NCBI GenBank assembly: GCA_040752675.1 | Contig: JBFMGF010000061.1 | Coordinates: forward strand, 2,105-66,104 | DNA: 64,000 nucleotides | Reading direction: 5' to 3' | Source of the DNA: Acidobacteriota bacterium | GTDB taxonomy: Bacteria; Acidobacteriota; Polarisedimenticolia; JBFMGF01 | Translations under genes and position numbers: made by a program | Notes under the pieces: generated by a model | Told to the model about the DNA's origin: nothing | What the model saw: only the letters and a program-made list of their open reading frames with translations | Databases searched by the model: none | Shown here: positions 54,396 through 63,910 of the stretch, in pieces | Layout of the letters: the number at the start of each line of letters is the position of its first letter | How positions within the stretch are numbered: position 1 is the stretch's first letter

Positions 54396-54602
54396 ATGCC
54401 ACTGGTCAGAGTCAGAGAAGACGAGAGCCTGGAAAGCGCACTCAGAAGGTTCAAAAGAAAATGCGAGAAATCCGGCATCTTGTCTGAACTGAAGAAGAGG
54501 CAGCATTATGAGAAGCCCAGCGCGCGCAGGAAGAGAAAAGCTCTGGCAGCTCGCAAGAAGATTCTCAAGAGAATGGCTCAGGAGCGCAGACAAATAGAAT
54601 AA
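54396..54602 (+). CDS. rpsU: 30S ribosomal protein S21
   Basis: [42 protein letters not shown]. Confidence 0.95.
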   Translation: MPLVRVREDESLESALRRFKRKCEKSGILSELKKRQHYEKPSARRKRKALAARKKILKRMAQERRQIE

Positions 54603-54676
54603 GCTCATCCGAGAATCATCTTATTCTTGTATTACGAAGTACTCAGCAGGTTAAAAATCATACAATTTACCGGGGT

Positions 54677-56434
54677 TTGAAATTGGGCGGCTACCAGAGG
54701 AAAGATTTTATAGAAAGGATCAGAGCCTCTGCCGATATCGTTTCCACCATCTCGGACTATGTCCCTCTCAAGAAAAGTGGAAGAAGGTACAAAGCCCTGT
54801 GCCCCTTTCATTCCGAGAAAACCCCCTCTTTCATGGTCGATCCAGAAAAACAGCTCTTTCATTGCTTCGGATGCGGAGAAGGCGGGGACGTCTTCAAATT
54901 CGTGATGCTCCACGAGAAGGTGGAATTCATGGAAGCGGCGAGAGTCCTCGCGTCAAGGTGGGGGATCGAAGAGCCTGAATATACTCCGTTAGAGAAGGGG
55001 GGCAACAAAGAGAATATCTTTCAGGTCGTTGCCGAAGCGGAGCGCTTTTTTGTCAATTGCCTGAAGTCACCTCAGAAGGGGAAGCGAGCCCAGGAATATT
55101 TAAAGACGCGAGGAATAAGACCGGAAACGGTCGAGGCGCTGAAAATCGGCTATGCCCCAGATGAGTGGGAGGCTCTCACAAACTATCTCACCAGATCAAA
55201 GGGGCTGTCGCTTGAACATATCGTGGCAGCCGGACTTTCCATCCAGAGAAGCGATCGGAGCGCCTACGACAGGTTCAGAAACAGGCTGATCTTCCCGATC
55301 AGGAGCCTTTCCGGCAAGACCATCGGTTTTGGTGGAAGGATTCTGGGAGAATCCGAAGAGGCTAAATACATCAATTCTCCCGATTCTCCCATCTTTAACA
55401 AAAGCTACAACCTTTACGGATTGAACTTCGCCGCCGGTGAGATCAAAGCACATGGATACGCCATCCTCGTGGAAGGATACATGGATTTTGCCGCGCTCTT
55501 TGAAGCAGGGATAAAGAATTGCGTCGCCTCGCTTGGTACCTCTCTCACCACAGGTCATGCCGGGCTCATCAAGCGTTTCACGAACGAGGTCATCGTCAAC
55601 TATGACCCCGATTCCGCAGGAAGAGCGGCAACGATCAGGAGCTTGGACATTCTCCTGTCCCAGGGGATGCGAGTCAAGGTAATGACGCTTCCCGAAGGAC
55701 AGGATCCCGATAGGTTCGTCAGGGAAGAAGGGGTCAGAGCTTATATGGACAGGGTGAAGTCGGCCAGATTCTACATCGATCATCTAATCGCTGAATCGTC
55801 AAAGGGAAAGGACCTCAGGGATCCATCAGTGAAGGTCTCCATCATCAATGAGGTCCTCCCTCACCTCAGCGTGATCGACAGCCCGATGGAGAGGAGCCGC
55901 TACATCCCCGCCCTCTGCGATGCACTCAAGATAGAGGATCATGTTCTCCTTGACGAGATCAAGAGACTGGTCAAAAAGGGGAAAGAAAAGATCCATGCGG
56001 CTCTCGAGGCTCCACTCTCGTTGAGAGAGGCCGAGGCCAAACTCATCGATCTTCTCATCGACCATGAGGATTGCAGGAATTCCGTTCTGTCCATTCTTGA
56101 TAAGGAGGATTACAGCGATTATGCGAGCCAGGAGATCATCGATACGGTCCTGAAGATGCATCATGATGGAGAACAAATCAATTACCTGGCCGTAAGTAAT
56201 AATCTAAAAGATGAGAAGAGCCGGAGGATCCTGAGGATGGTAGCCTTCGGTCCGAAGTGGCCAGGAAATGCTGAGGAAGCCCTGGAATGCATCAACTCCT
56301 TCAGGCTGAGCAAGCTGAAAACGCGGCGTCTCAAGATCCAGAGAGAGATGGAAATGACGAACGATGAACGGAAGCTTGCAGATCTCATGAAGGAAAAGAT
56401 GGAATTGAGCAGGCAGATCGACGCTCTGTCTTAG
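54677..56434 (+). CDS. dnaG: DNA primase
   Basis: Zinc-binding [13 protein letters not shown]...[15 protein letters not shown]-polymerase core, and TOPRIM LVEGYMD...DPDSAG. Confidence 0.95.
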   Translation: MKLGGYQRKDFIERIRASADIVSTISDYVPLKKSGRRYKALCPFHSEKTPSFMVDPEKQLFHCFGCGEGGDVFKFVMLHEKVEFMEAARVLASRWGIEEPEYTPLEKGGNKENIFQVVAEAERFFVNCLKSPQKGKRAQEYLKTRGIRPETVEALKIGYAPDEWEALTNYLTRSKGLSLEHIVAAGLSIQRSDRSAYDRFRNRLIFPIRSLSGKTIGFGGRILGESEEAKYINSPDSPIFNKSYNLYGLNFAAGEIKAHGYAILVEGYMDFAALFEAGIKNCVASLGTSLTTGHAGLIKRFTNEVIVNYDPDSAGRAATIRSLDILLSQGMRVKVMTLPEGQDPDRFVREEGVRAYMDRVKSARFYIDHLIAESSKGKDLRDPSVKVSIINEVLPHLSVIDSPMERSRYIPALCDALKIEDHVLLDEIKRLVKKGKEKIHAALEAPLSLREAEAKLIDLLIDHEDCRNSVLSILDKEDYSDYASQEIIDTVLKMHHDGEQINYLAVSNNLKDEKSRRILRMVAFGPKWPGNAEEALECINSFRLSKLKTRRLKIQREMEMTNDERKLADLMKEKMELSRQIDALS

Positions 56435-56460
56435 CAGGAGCTTTCACGATAGGAGGAAAA

Positions 56461-58128
56461 GTGGGAATAGAGTCAAAGTATGAGGAAGTCAAACAGTTGA
56501 TAGACCTGGGGAGAGAGAGGGGTTATCTGATCTATGACGAATTGAATGACCTTCTTCCCGAAGAGCTCATCAATTCGGATGAAATTGAAGATGTTCTCTC
56601 AATACTCGATTCTTACGGCATTGAGGTCGTCGACTCCGAAGAAAAATTCAAAGAAAAGAAAGAGCTGCTTAGAAAGGAGGAGTCCAAGCTTGACCTCGCA
56701 ACGCTCCCCATCGATAAAACCAACGATCCCGTGAGGATGTACCTCCGGGAGATGGGAACCGTCCCGCTGCTTACGCGGCAGGGAGAGGTCGAGATAGCTA
56801 AAAGGATCGAGCGGGGAGAGGGAATCGTCCTTAAGGCTCTCTCCAGGAGCGATTTCGTATCAAGAGAGATCATCCATCTTGGCAGCAGACTCAAGAGATG
56901 GAACCGCGAGATCGAAGATGTCTTCTCGTTCGACGATGAAGCGATGGATAAACCTTCCAACAGCAGAATCCGGAAGATCAAGAACTACATTGCGAGGATT
57001 GGCCGGGTCAACAGGGAGATCCGGAAATGCAAGAATAAACTGAAGAGGGCAAAAGAGGGTTCGAAACTTCATGCCAGTATCTCCACCAAACTAACCCGTC
57101 ACATTGCGGATTGCGCCAACGAGATCAGAAAACTGGACCTCAGCGAGGCTCAGATCGACAAGTTCGTCAACGAGCTGAAAGAGGCTGATTATAAGATCAA
57201 GAAACATCAGAGGACAATTCAGGAGTATGAGAAGAAGATAAAGGTGACTGAGGAGAAAGCGATCCGGAAGGAATTGAGAGAGAAGGTCAACGATGCGAGC
57301 AAGGAGATTAGATCCATCGAAACGGAGATGGGCGCCAGCAGTGGAGAGATCGAGCATATCTGCTCCATGATCGGCCAGGGGGAGCGAGAAGCCAAGAAGG
57401 CCAAGAGCGAGCTCGTTGAAGCCAATCTGAGACTCGTCGTGTCCATTGCCAAAAAATACACAAACCGCGGCCTTCAGTTTCTCGATCTGATCCAGGAGGG
57501 GAACATCGGCCTGATGAAGGCGGTGGATAAGTTCGAGTACAGAAGAGGCTACAAATTCTCGACCTATGCCACCTGGTGGATACGGCAGGCCATCACGCGA
57601 GCCATTGCCGATCAGGCCAGGACGATCAGAATCCCGGTCCACATGATAGAGACTATCAACAAGCTGATCAGAACGTCGAGGAGTCTGGTCCAGGAGATCG
57701 GCCGCGAGCCGACACCTGAAGAGATCGCGAGAAAGATGGGCATGCCGGTTGCCAAGGTCAGAAAGGTCTTGAAGATTGCCCAGGAGCCGATCTCTCTGGA
57801 GACTCCCATCGGCGAAGAGGAGGACAGCCATCTGGGAGATTTCATCGAGGATAAGCAGGTTGTCTCCCCGGTGGATGCTGTGATAAATCTGAGCCTCAAG
57901 GAACAAACTGGAGCAGTCCTGAAGATGTTGACTCCCCGCGAGGAGAAGGTTCTTAAAATGAGGTTTGGCGTGGGTGAGGGAAGCGAACACACTCTTGAAG
58001 AGGTGGGGCAGAGTTTCTCGGTCACGCGCGAGAGGATACGGCAGATTGAATCAAAAGCCCTGAGGAAGCTGAAACATCCCTCGCGAAGCAAACATCTGAG
58101 GCATTTCGTCGATAGGACGTATTTTTAA
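56461..58128 (+). CDS. rpoD: Primary RNA polymerase sigma factor
   Basis: Region 1.2 [11 protein letters not shown], region 2 [39 protein letters not shown], and region 4 [27 protein letters not shown]. Confidence 0.97.
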   Translation: MGIESKYEEVKQLIDLGRERGYLIYDELNDLLPEELINSDEIEDVLSILDSYGIEVVDSEEKFKEKKELLRKEESKLDLATLPIDKTNDPVRMYLREMGTVPLLTRQGEVEIAKRIERGEGIVLKALSRSDFVSREIIHLGSRLKRWNREIEDVFSFDDEAMDKPSNSRIRKIKNYIARIGRVNREIRKCKNKLKRAKEGSKLHASISTKLTRHIADCANEIRKLDLSEAQIDKFVNELKEADYKIKKHQRTIQEYEKKIKVTEEKAIRKELREKVNDASKEIRSIETEMGASSGEIEHICSMIGQGEREAKKAKSELVEANLRLVVSIAKKYTNRGLQFLDLIQEGNIGLMKAVDKFEYRRGYKFSTYATWWIRQAITRAIADQARTIRIPVHMIETINKLIRTSRSLVQEIGREPTPEEIARKMGMPVAKVRKVLKIAQEPISLETPIGEEEDSHLGDFIEDKQVVSPVDAVINLSLKEQTGAVLKMLTPREEKVLKMRFGVGEGSEHTLEEVGQSFSVTRERIRQIESKALRKLKHPSRSKHLRHFVDRTYF

Positions 58129-58279
58129 AGGAGCAGAATCAATGCATCACAAGATATCTGCTCGGGTCATTTCCAACTCGATGTTCTGCTGCATTCCTTG
58201 AGGTGGAGGAGGTCGCTGGGTCACAAAGCTCAGGTGAAATAGACCTTCTTTCGGCATTGTGAAAGAAACTCGCCGAACT

Positions 58280-59440
58280 TTACCTGATAGGCTGAAGGTC
58301 ATCAAGCAAACGTGTCAGCGAAATCGCAAGCACATTTTTTGTGATAGGGAAAGTGTTATCTCCTGCATGAATCACAAAAAGCTGTCGCAATTTCAAGTCT
58401 GACAGTGCACTCCTCATGGAGGGCGTGAGGGAAGGAGAGCTCGTTCGCTTAATCTCAAAGCCCAATCGGTGCCGGCCTCTGACAATAAGCAGGTCCAATT
58501 CAGCTCCAGTATAGGTGGCCCAGAAGAAGCATTCTTCAGATTTGGCCCTCAACTGGATAATAACCTGCTCAAGAACGAAACCTTCCCAGGAAGCACCGAC
58601 TTTAGGATTTTTTTCTAAATCTTCAAAATCTCTGAGATTGAGCAAAGTGTGAAGTAAGCCGCTGTCAGTCACATATACTTTTGGTGCTTTCACCTGCCTT
58701 TTGGAGATGTTCTCATACCAGGGAGGCAACTGCCGGATGACAAGAGCTGATGTGAGCAAATCGAGGTAGTTGCGAACCGTTGTGTCGGCTATGCCAAAAG
58801 AGCGAGCAAATTCAGAAGCGTTCCATATCTGTCCATGATAATGTGCCAGCATACTCCAGAAGCGATGAAGTGTGGTTGATCTTATCGTAATTCCAAGCTG
58901 AGGTAAATCCCGTTCCAAGAAGGTTTGGATGAATGCACGGCGCCATTCATAACTGTCATTATGCGAGCGCGCAAGGTAAGACCGCGGGAATCCCCCTCGT
59001 AGCCATAGTTTCTTAAAATTCCCAACCGCGACTTCATCCAGGGAAAAGCCTTTTAGCTCATGATAGAAAATGCGCCCCGCGAGAGTTTCTGAGCTTTTGC
59101 AAATTATCTCTGGGGATGCACTCCCAAGCACGAGGAAGCGGGTTGCCGATTTGGGACGGTCAACCAGGACACGGAGCACAGGGAAAAGTTCAGGTTGACG
59201 CTGAATTTCATCAATAACGACAAGACCCATAACATCTTTTAAGGCAAGCATGGGATCTCTGAGTCGAGCAAGATCTTCAGGGTTCTCAAGATCGAAATAA
59301 GTGTAAGGTTTTTTCAACCGAGCGGTGAATAAGCGCGCAAGGGTTGTCTTTCCAACCTGGCGTGCTCCGATGATTCCCACAACAGGATGTCGTCGCACGA
59401 GGTTACCTAGTATCTCAAGCTCTCGAATGCGTTTTATCAT
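58280..59440 (-). CDS. AAA-family ATPase with DUF4143-type C-terminal domain
   Basis: Walker A GIIGARQVGKTTLA and Walker B VVIDEIQ, with a C-terminal region typical of the AAA_14/DUF4143 architecture. Function unknown. Confidence 0.8.
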   Translation of the reverse strand: MIKRIRELEILGNLVRRHPVVGIIGARQVGKTTLARLFTARLKKPYTYFDLENPEDLARLRDPMLALKDVMGLVVIDEIQRQPELFPVLRVLVDRPKSATRFLVLGSASPEIICKSSETLAGRIFYHELKGFSLDEVAVGNFKKLWLRGGFPRSYLARSHNDSYEWRRAFIQTFLERDLPQLGITIRSTTLHRFWSMLAHYHGQIWNASEFARSFGIADTTVRNYLDLLTSALVIRQLPPWYENISKRQVKAPKVYVTDSGLLHTLLNLRDFEDLEKNPKVGASWEGFVLEQVIIQLRAKSEECFFWATYTGAELDLLIVRGRHRLGFEIKRTSSPSLTPSMRSALSDLKLRQLFVIHAGDNTFPITKNVLAISLTRLLDDLQPIR

Positions 59441-59595
59441 GGTGCTATGCTACCTTGAAAATTCGATAGTGTCAACCGAATATTCAATGTAAAGAATAAG
59501 AATTTCTTTTTTCCTTCTTTCCGGATTTCAGCCGTTTCGAGATGGGAAGCTTCAATGCTTCCTCATACTATAATGAAACCGCTTAAATAGAATGT

Positions 59596-59640
59596 GGGCC
59601 CATAGCTCAGTCGGTCAGAGCAACTGACTCATAATCTGTT
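59596..59640 (+). pseudogene. tRNA(CAU) gene 5' portion only (acceptor 5' strand, D arm, anticodon arm); T arm and 3' acceptor strand absent
   Basis: GGGCCCA-TA-GCTC-AGTCGGTCA-GAGC-A-ACTGA-CTCATAA-TCTGT. The D arm is perfect and the anticodon loop carries CAT. The 3' anticodon stem has one mismatch, and beyond it nothing resembles a variable loop, a GGTTCRANTCC T arm or TGGGCCC. Confidence 0.7.
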
Positions 59641-60095
59641 CAGAGGGATTTACGCAAGTCATTGAAAATGCGTGAATCTCTTTTTTTATGAATCACTTGC
59701 CATTGTTTCTGATTTAGTTTCTGTCAGGTCTATTCAGGTCTGTTTAGGTGTGTCATGGACACCATATGGACACCACTTTTTGTCCTTATAAAAGACAAAA
59801 AAACAGGAGCCCTATCCTCCCATATTTACCCAAAATAGTTTTTAGGACAGAAGCTCCTTTGAAACTTTTAATATATTTTATACAGCTCTTATCAAGGTAA
59901 AACAATTAAAATTTCTAGATCAAGAATTTCATTCACAGCTATGTCATGAACACTGCCCTGTAATATTTAATTTTCTCAGCTTAGCCTTTTTAATACTGCT
60001 TTCTGAATTACGGAGAATCTATCTTTTGCTGCAAAGTCTTTATATAAACTTTCAGTCAAGGAGCCCTTTGGATAATTTGTTTTTTCTTGAATAGC

Positions 60096-60989
60096 GGGTT
60101 GCACCAATAACATCGTGGACTAAATCCTAATGCTCAGGAAACCAATAACATCGTGGACTAATCGATACTTTTTATCTATCCAATGAAAGCAAGGGATCAA
60201 TAATTGGACCTCTAACTGGAAAAGAGAATGATTTGATAATCTTGTTTTCATATTTGACACCAGTTTTCCTCTATGAGTCACAACGGTAGCAATCACACAC
60301 TGGCCTTCCAGTTTTCTTCTGATGAAATAAGTGGCTCCATTGACCTCGATGCGACCATGAGGATCCACTTTCCTGACAAAGGAGACCTTTCCCCTGGCCA
60401 CGAGAAGATTGAGATGATGCTTGGCATCCATGTATTGTTCGAGGGTAAATCCCTCTGGCAGGTGTCTGAGAGTTGTCCAGAGACGATCTCGAAGGACTCC
60501 TGGGAATCTCGTTCCATGCTCTTTTTGTGTGAGACTCCTGTGGGGTTTCTCATAGTGGTAATACCGCAAGAACTGGTCTGTCTTTCTCTTGAGCACAGTC
60601 CGAGTTGGGCAGCGATGCCTTCTGAGTACCCGATCCTGCCAGAGGTTGTTAAAACTCTCCACCGAGGCATTTCTCCCAGGTTCTCCTTTGGTAGAAATGG
60701 AAGGAATGTGACGAACTCTTCTTTGTTGAAGCTCCCAGTGAATGACTTCAGCTCCGATTCCAGAGAAGGCAGAGCGCCTGCTCTTGCTTCGATGAATCCA
60801 TTGAAGGATTTTACAAGGGCCTTTTCCTTGCTTGTAAAGTTGTATTGCTTGACAGCGTTTCTCATAATCGCTTTGAATCTTCATCGCCATTTTCTCCTTC
60901 CAAAAAGTTTTGGAAGAAGTTTAGGCGATGTTGATTTTAGTCTACTATGTGATTAGTTTTTTTAGTCCACGATGTTATTGGTGCAACCC
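60096..60989 (-). mobile_element. Internally deleted IS element with perfect 29-bp terminal inverted repeats
   Basis: GGGTTGCACCAATAACATCGTGGACTAAA at 60096-60124 has its exact reverse complement at 60961-60989. A 21-nt subterminal part (ACCAATAACATCGTGGACTAA) is repeated at 60141-60161. The element is only ~0.9 kb. Confidence 0.8.
60120..60890 (-). pseudogene. rve-type (IS3/IS481-like) transposase remnant lacking most of the DDE core
   Basis: The 256-aa ORF has an N-terminal HTH-like AIQLYKQGKGPCKILQW, then jumps to the end of an integrase core (GEPGRNASVESFNNLWQD, YHYEKPHRSL) and a C-terminal VSFVRKVDPHGRIEVNGATYFI segment. The first two catalytic Asp regions are not recognisable. Confidence 0.55.
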
Positions 60990-61142
60990 ACTAATTCTTA
61001 TCCTTCCCATTTCTGGAATCTGTCAGGGTGATGAAAATGTTTAATGTATCCTGGGCGACTGCCACGATTGAGAATGACAACAGATGAAATTCTTTGAGAT
61101 TTTTTTATGAATTTGGGGTTAAATAAATAGAGAGGATAGTAG

Positions 61143-61628
61143 ATGAACAAGAGCACAGCGCAGGATCTGTTTAAACGCCACCACCTGTCCCTCTTCAGGT
61201 ATTTGAGAAGAATGACAGAGAATTCAGATCAAGCAGAGGAATTGACACAAGAAGTTTTCCTCCGCGTCTTGCGAGGTCTTTCAAATTATAGAGAGGAAGG
61301 CCGGGAAGAAGCCTGGCTATTTCAAATTGCAAGAAATTTGGTCTTGAACAAGCTTCGAGACAGAAATCGACAACCAAAACTGGAAATGCTGAATGATATG
61401 AGAAATCCTTCTTATCCAGCCAGGCAATTGGAAAAACTGGGACTGGAGCAAGCCTTGAGTCGATTGAATGACGCAGATCGAGAGATCTTTCTGCTGCGTG
61501 AGATTGCAGGTCTTGGTTATGAAGAAATTTCAAGGGTATGCGACCTTTCAGTTGATGCGGTTAAGTCACGCATTTATCGTGCTCGTATAAATCTTCGCGC
61601 ATTCATGTCCATGAAAAGCGAGCCATAA
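61143..61628 (+). CDS. ECF-type RNA polymerase sigma factor
   Basis: Region 2 AEELTQEVFLRVLRGL...WLFQIARNLVLNKLRD and region 4 REIFLLREIAGLGYEEISRVCDLSVDAVKSRIYRAR. Confidence 0.9.
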   Translation: MNKSTAQDLFKRHHLSLFRYLRRMTENSDQAEELTQEVFLRVLRGLSNYREEGREEAWLFQIARNLVLNKLRDRNRQPKLEMLNDMRNPSYPARQLEKLGLEQALSRLNDADREIFLLREIAGLGYEEISRVCDLSVDAVKSRIYRARINLRAFMSMKSEP

Positions 61629-61638
61629 CGGATATGAA

Positions 61639-62061
61639 ATGGGAGGATTCAAAATGACGGACAAGGATTCCATGGTTATTCTTTCCGCTTTTCTTGACGG
61701 AGAAGAAACCGATGAAAAGAAATTGGCAGAAGCGCTTGCAATGCCCGGAGCGCTGGATCTCCTTCGTGATTTTGTGCATTTGAGAGCCGAGCTGAAACGG
61801 GATGGGAGTCACCCTCGCCCAATCTTTTATAAAAAGATGCAATCCATGCTGATGACGGCTCCACCGAAGAGAAAATGGTGGAAGATGATCGTTCCTGTTC
61901 CAGCTCCAGCTCTCGTTCTATTCGTCATCTTCATGACCTTTCTGGCCGTCTTCTTGATCTTTAAATCAGGAAGAGGAAAAACTCATGAAAAACCTCCGGA
62001 ACCTGCTCGTGTAGTCTTTTTTGAGCAGGGAGTTGATTGGAAGAAGTTACCAGATTCTTGA
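61639..62061 (+). CDS. Putative single-pass anti-sigma factor
   Basis: It starts 11 nt after the sigma gene stop. It has an N-terminal cytoplasmic helix region (LSAFLDGEETDE...) and one TM helix (MIVPVPAPALVLFVIFMTFLAVFLIF). The call rests on position and topology only. Confidence 0.55.
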   Translation: MGGFKMTDKDSMVILSAFLDGEETDEKKLAEALAMPGALDLLRDFVHLRAELKRDGSHPRPIFYKKMQSMLMTAPPKRKWWKMIVPVPAPALVLFVIFMTFLAVFLIFKSGRGKTHEKPPEPARVVFFEQGVDWKKLPDS

Positions 62062-63242
62062 AACTATCGAATCGTTATAAAAAAGGAGATGCATCCATGA
62101 ACAAGAGGCGATTTCCAGTAATAATGTCCTTATCGTTTATGATTCTATTCAGCGCTGTCCTGCTCAGTGGAAAAATCTCAGGAAAAACTGAAACCCTTGA
62201 ACCCTTCTCTCCGGAAGGGGAAATGGTTCATGTTGAACTTCGTATCCTTGGGACTGATTTCAGCAAAGGCATTCATGGCAAGACATCTCAGATCAGCTCC
62301 GCAGGATATACCCTGGCTGTGGGGCAGTCAGGCTTTCTGTATGCAGGAGTTGGGGAATTTAACCAGCAGGGATTCGATGCAGGAAATCTTTGCACGAATT
62401 TCATTGGAAGCGAACAGGCCTTTAGAAAACAGGAGCTGCTCTTTCAATCACCGCATGTTTGGTTCATTGAAGTTCAAGCGCTGCCGGTTGAATTTGGGAA
62501 GATTTCCCTGAAAACGAACTGGGAAAGTTATTATTCAAAACGGAGGGGAAGCGCTCAGAAAAGAGGTGGTGACGCAAGAGGTATTATCCTTCGAGAAAAG
62601 GAGAGTCATTTCCTCGATTACATAAATGTCGCGCCTTCCGATAAATTCCTTTGCAATTCCAATATTATTGTCGAAATCACGGCAGAAATTGAGGAAGACA
62701 CTACCCTAAAAGATAAATTACTCAGATATGACATCTGGCTCCAGCATAAGGGAAAATCTGGAGAGGTAGAAGATCGCCGGTGCATCACATCAGGACGGCA
62801 GGGAGACAAAACCGATTTCTATTTCTTCCCCCTCAGGTTTCCGATAAATGAAGGAATTCTCTCTGATGGATCAAGCCTTGAGATGATCCTCGAAATCTCT
62901 GGCAATCTCCGGGGGCGTATCAGATCCGATGGCACGATTATGGTCGAACTGGATGCCATGCGATGGATTGATGCTGAAAGAACCGGTTCCTCCCGGCGGG
63001 GTGGAGTGGGTGATGGTGGAACAAAGATTTTTTCTTTGAAGCCAGGAGAATCCGTTCAATTCATCTTGCCGCGACCGACAGGAGCCAGCGGATTATCTGA
63101 CTTCTCAAAAGAGCATATCAGCAAAGGTCCTTCGCCAGCTGCCAAGAACAACATAAACATTGGGGAAGGCTTTGTTGTGGACCATGGAGAATTCTTTGAT
63201 GGTCACGAAGATTCTCTCATTCTCACTGTGACAATTGATTAA
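62037..63242 (+). CDS. Secreted hypothetical protein with no family I can recognise
   Basis: The likely start is ATG 62097 (MNKRRFPVIMSLSFMILFSAVLLSGKISG, signal-peptide-like). The remaining ~380 aa carry no motif I recognise. Confidence 0.5.
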   Translation: MEEVTRFLKLSNRYKKGDASMNKRRFPVIMSLSFMILFSAVLLSGKISGKTETLEPFSPEGEMVHVELRILGTDFSKGIHGKTSQISSAGYTLAVGQSGFLYAGVGEFNQQGFDAGNLCTNFIGSEQAFRKQELLFQSPHVWFIEVQALPVEFGKISLKTNWESYYSKRRGSAQKRGGDARGIILREKESHFLDYINVAPSDKFLCNSNIIVEITAEIEEDTTLKDKLLRYDIWLQHKGKSGEVEDRRCITSGRQGDKTDFYFFPLRFPINEGILSDGSSLEMILEISGNLRGRIRSDGTIMVELDAMRWIDAERTGSSRRGGVGDGGTKIFSLKPGESVQFILPRPTGASGLSDFSKEHISKGPSPAAKNNINIGEGFVVDHGEFFDGHEDSLILTVTID

Positions 63243-63424
63243 GGCATTGTCATTCAAAGTAAGAAAAGAGTTGGCCATGGCGCAAAGCTTCCGGGAACAG
63301 GGCGACGTGTTTCCTCCGCGGTCGAGTTCCTACGGTTATATTCCTCTCGCAATGAATGAAAATATGAGAAATCCCGAAAAGTATCAAAAAATATCTCATC
63401 TCCGAAAAAAGTCCTTGACCTTGT

Positions 63425-63456
63425 ACCTAAGTCCAGGCTGTATATTAAAATAGCAA
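63425..63456 (+). promoter_or_regulatory. MerR-family-type promoter with over-long spacer and imperfect dyad
   Basis: TTGACC (63425-63430), a 20-nt spacer containing ACCTTGTACCTAAGTCCAGGCT (imperfect dyad), and TATATT (63451-63456). It is followed by AAGGAG and the merR-like ATG. Confidence 0.4.
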
Positions 63457-63472
63457 AAGATGCAAGGAGTGA

Positions 63473-63910
63473 ATGAAGATGAAGGAAACCGGGTTGCTCA
63501 TGGGAGAAGTAGCGAAACAGGCTGGCGTGAACAGGGAGACGATCCGCTATTATGAGCGCATCGGGCTGTTGCGGACTCCTTTGCGCACTCACTCAGGGTA
63601 TCGCCTTTACCCGTTCGATGTGGTGGCACAAGCCCGGTTCATCAAACGTGCCCAAGAACTGGGATTTTCGCTCAAGGAGATTTCGGAGCTTCTGTCTTTG
63701 CGGGTAGACCCGGATACCAACTGCAGTGAGGTCAGAAGACGGGCTGAGGTTAAAATCGCCGACATCGAAGAGAAGATGCAGGCTCTCCAGAGAATGAAGA
63801 AGGCGCTCACGAAGCTGGTGGCCTCATGCCGTGGGCGAGGTCCGACGAGCGAGTGCCCGATATTGGAGGCACTGAATAGCGCGTGGAGAAAGAATAATGC
63901 TAACAGTTGA
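63473..63910 (+). CDS. merR: MerR-family metal-responsive transcriptional regulator (Hg-type cysteine pattern)
   Basis: HTH GEVAKQAGVNRETIRYYERIGLL. Cysteines lie at positions 84, 119 and 128 of the ORF, giving spacings of 35 and 9 residues. These equal the Cys82/Cys117/Cys126 spacing of Tn501-type MerR. Confidence 0.8.
   Translation: MKMKETGLLMGEVAKQAGVNRETIRYYERIGLLRTPLRTHSGYRLYPFDVVAQARFIKRAQELGFSLKEISELLSLRVDPDTNCSEVRRRAEVKIADIEEKMQALQRMKKALTKLVASCRGRGPTSECPILEALNSAWRKNNANS

Noticed and set aside
59720-59805. Possible CRISPR array or iterons from the short direct repeats.
   Set aside because: There are only two copies each of 7- and 9-nt repeats at 10-11 bp phase. There are no 25-40 nt repeats with spacers and no cas or rep genes. 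Recombinase or excisionase arm-type sites fit better. No CRISPR array was seen anywhere in the window.
59596-60095. An intact tRNA(CAU) interrupted by a group I intron in the anticodon loop.
   Set aside because: No 3' exon (anticodon-stem 3' strand, T arm GGTTCRANTCC, TGGGCCC acceptor strand) occurs anywhere in the following 4 kb. The downstream DNA is AT-rich with no recognisable intron core.
63235-63592. ORFs of 72 aa (plus strand, 63235-63453) and 112 aa (minus strand, 63254-63592) upstream of or overlapping merR.
   Set aside because: The minus-strand ORF is antisense to the well-supported merR start and promoter. The plus-strand ORF spans the promoter/operator region and has no RBS or motif.
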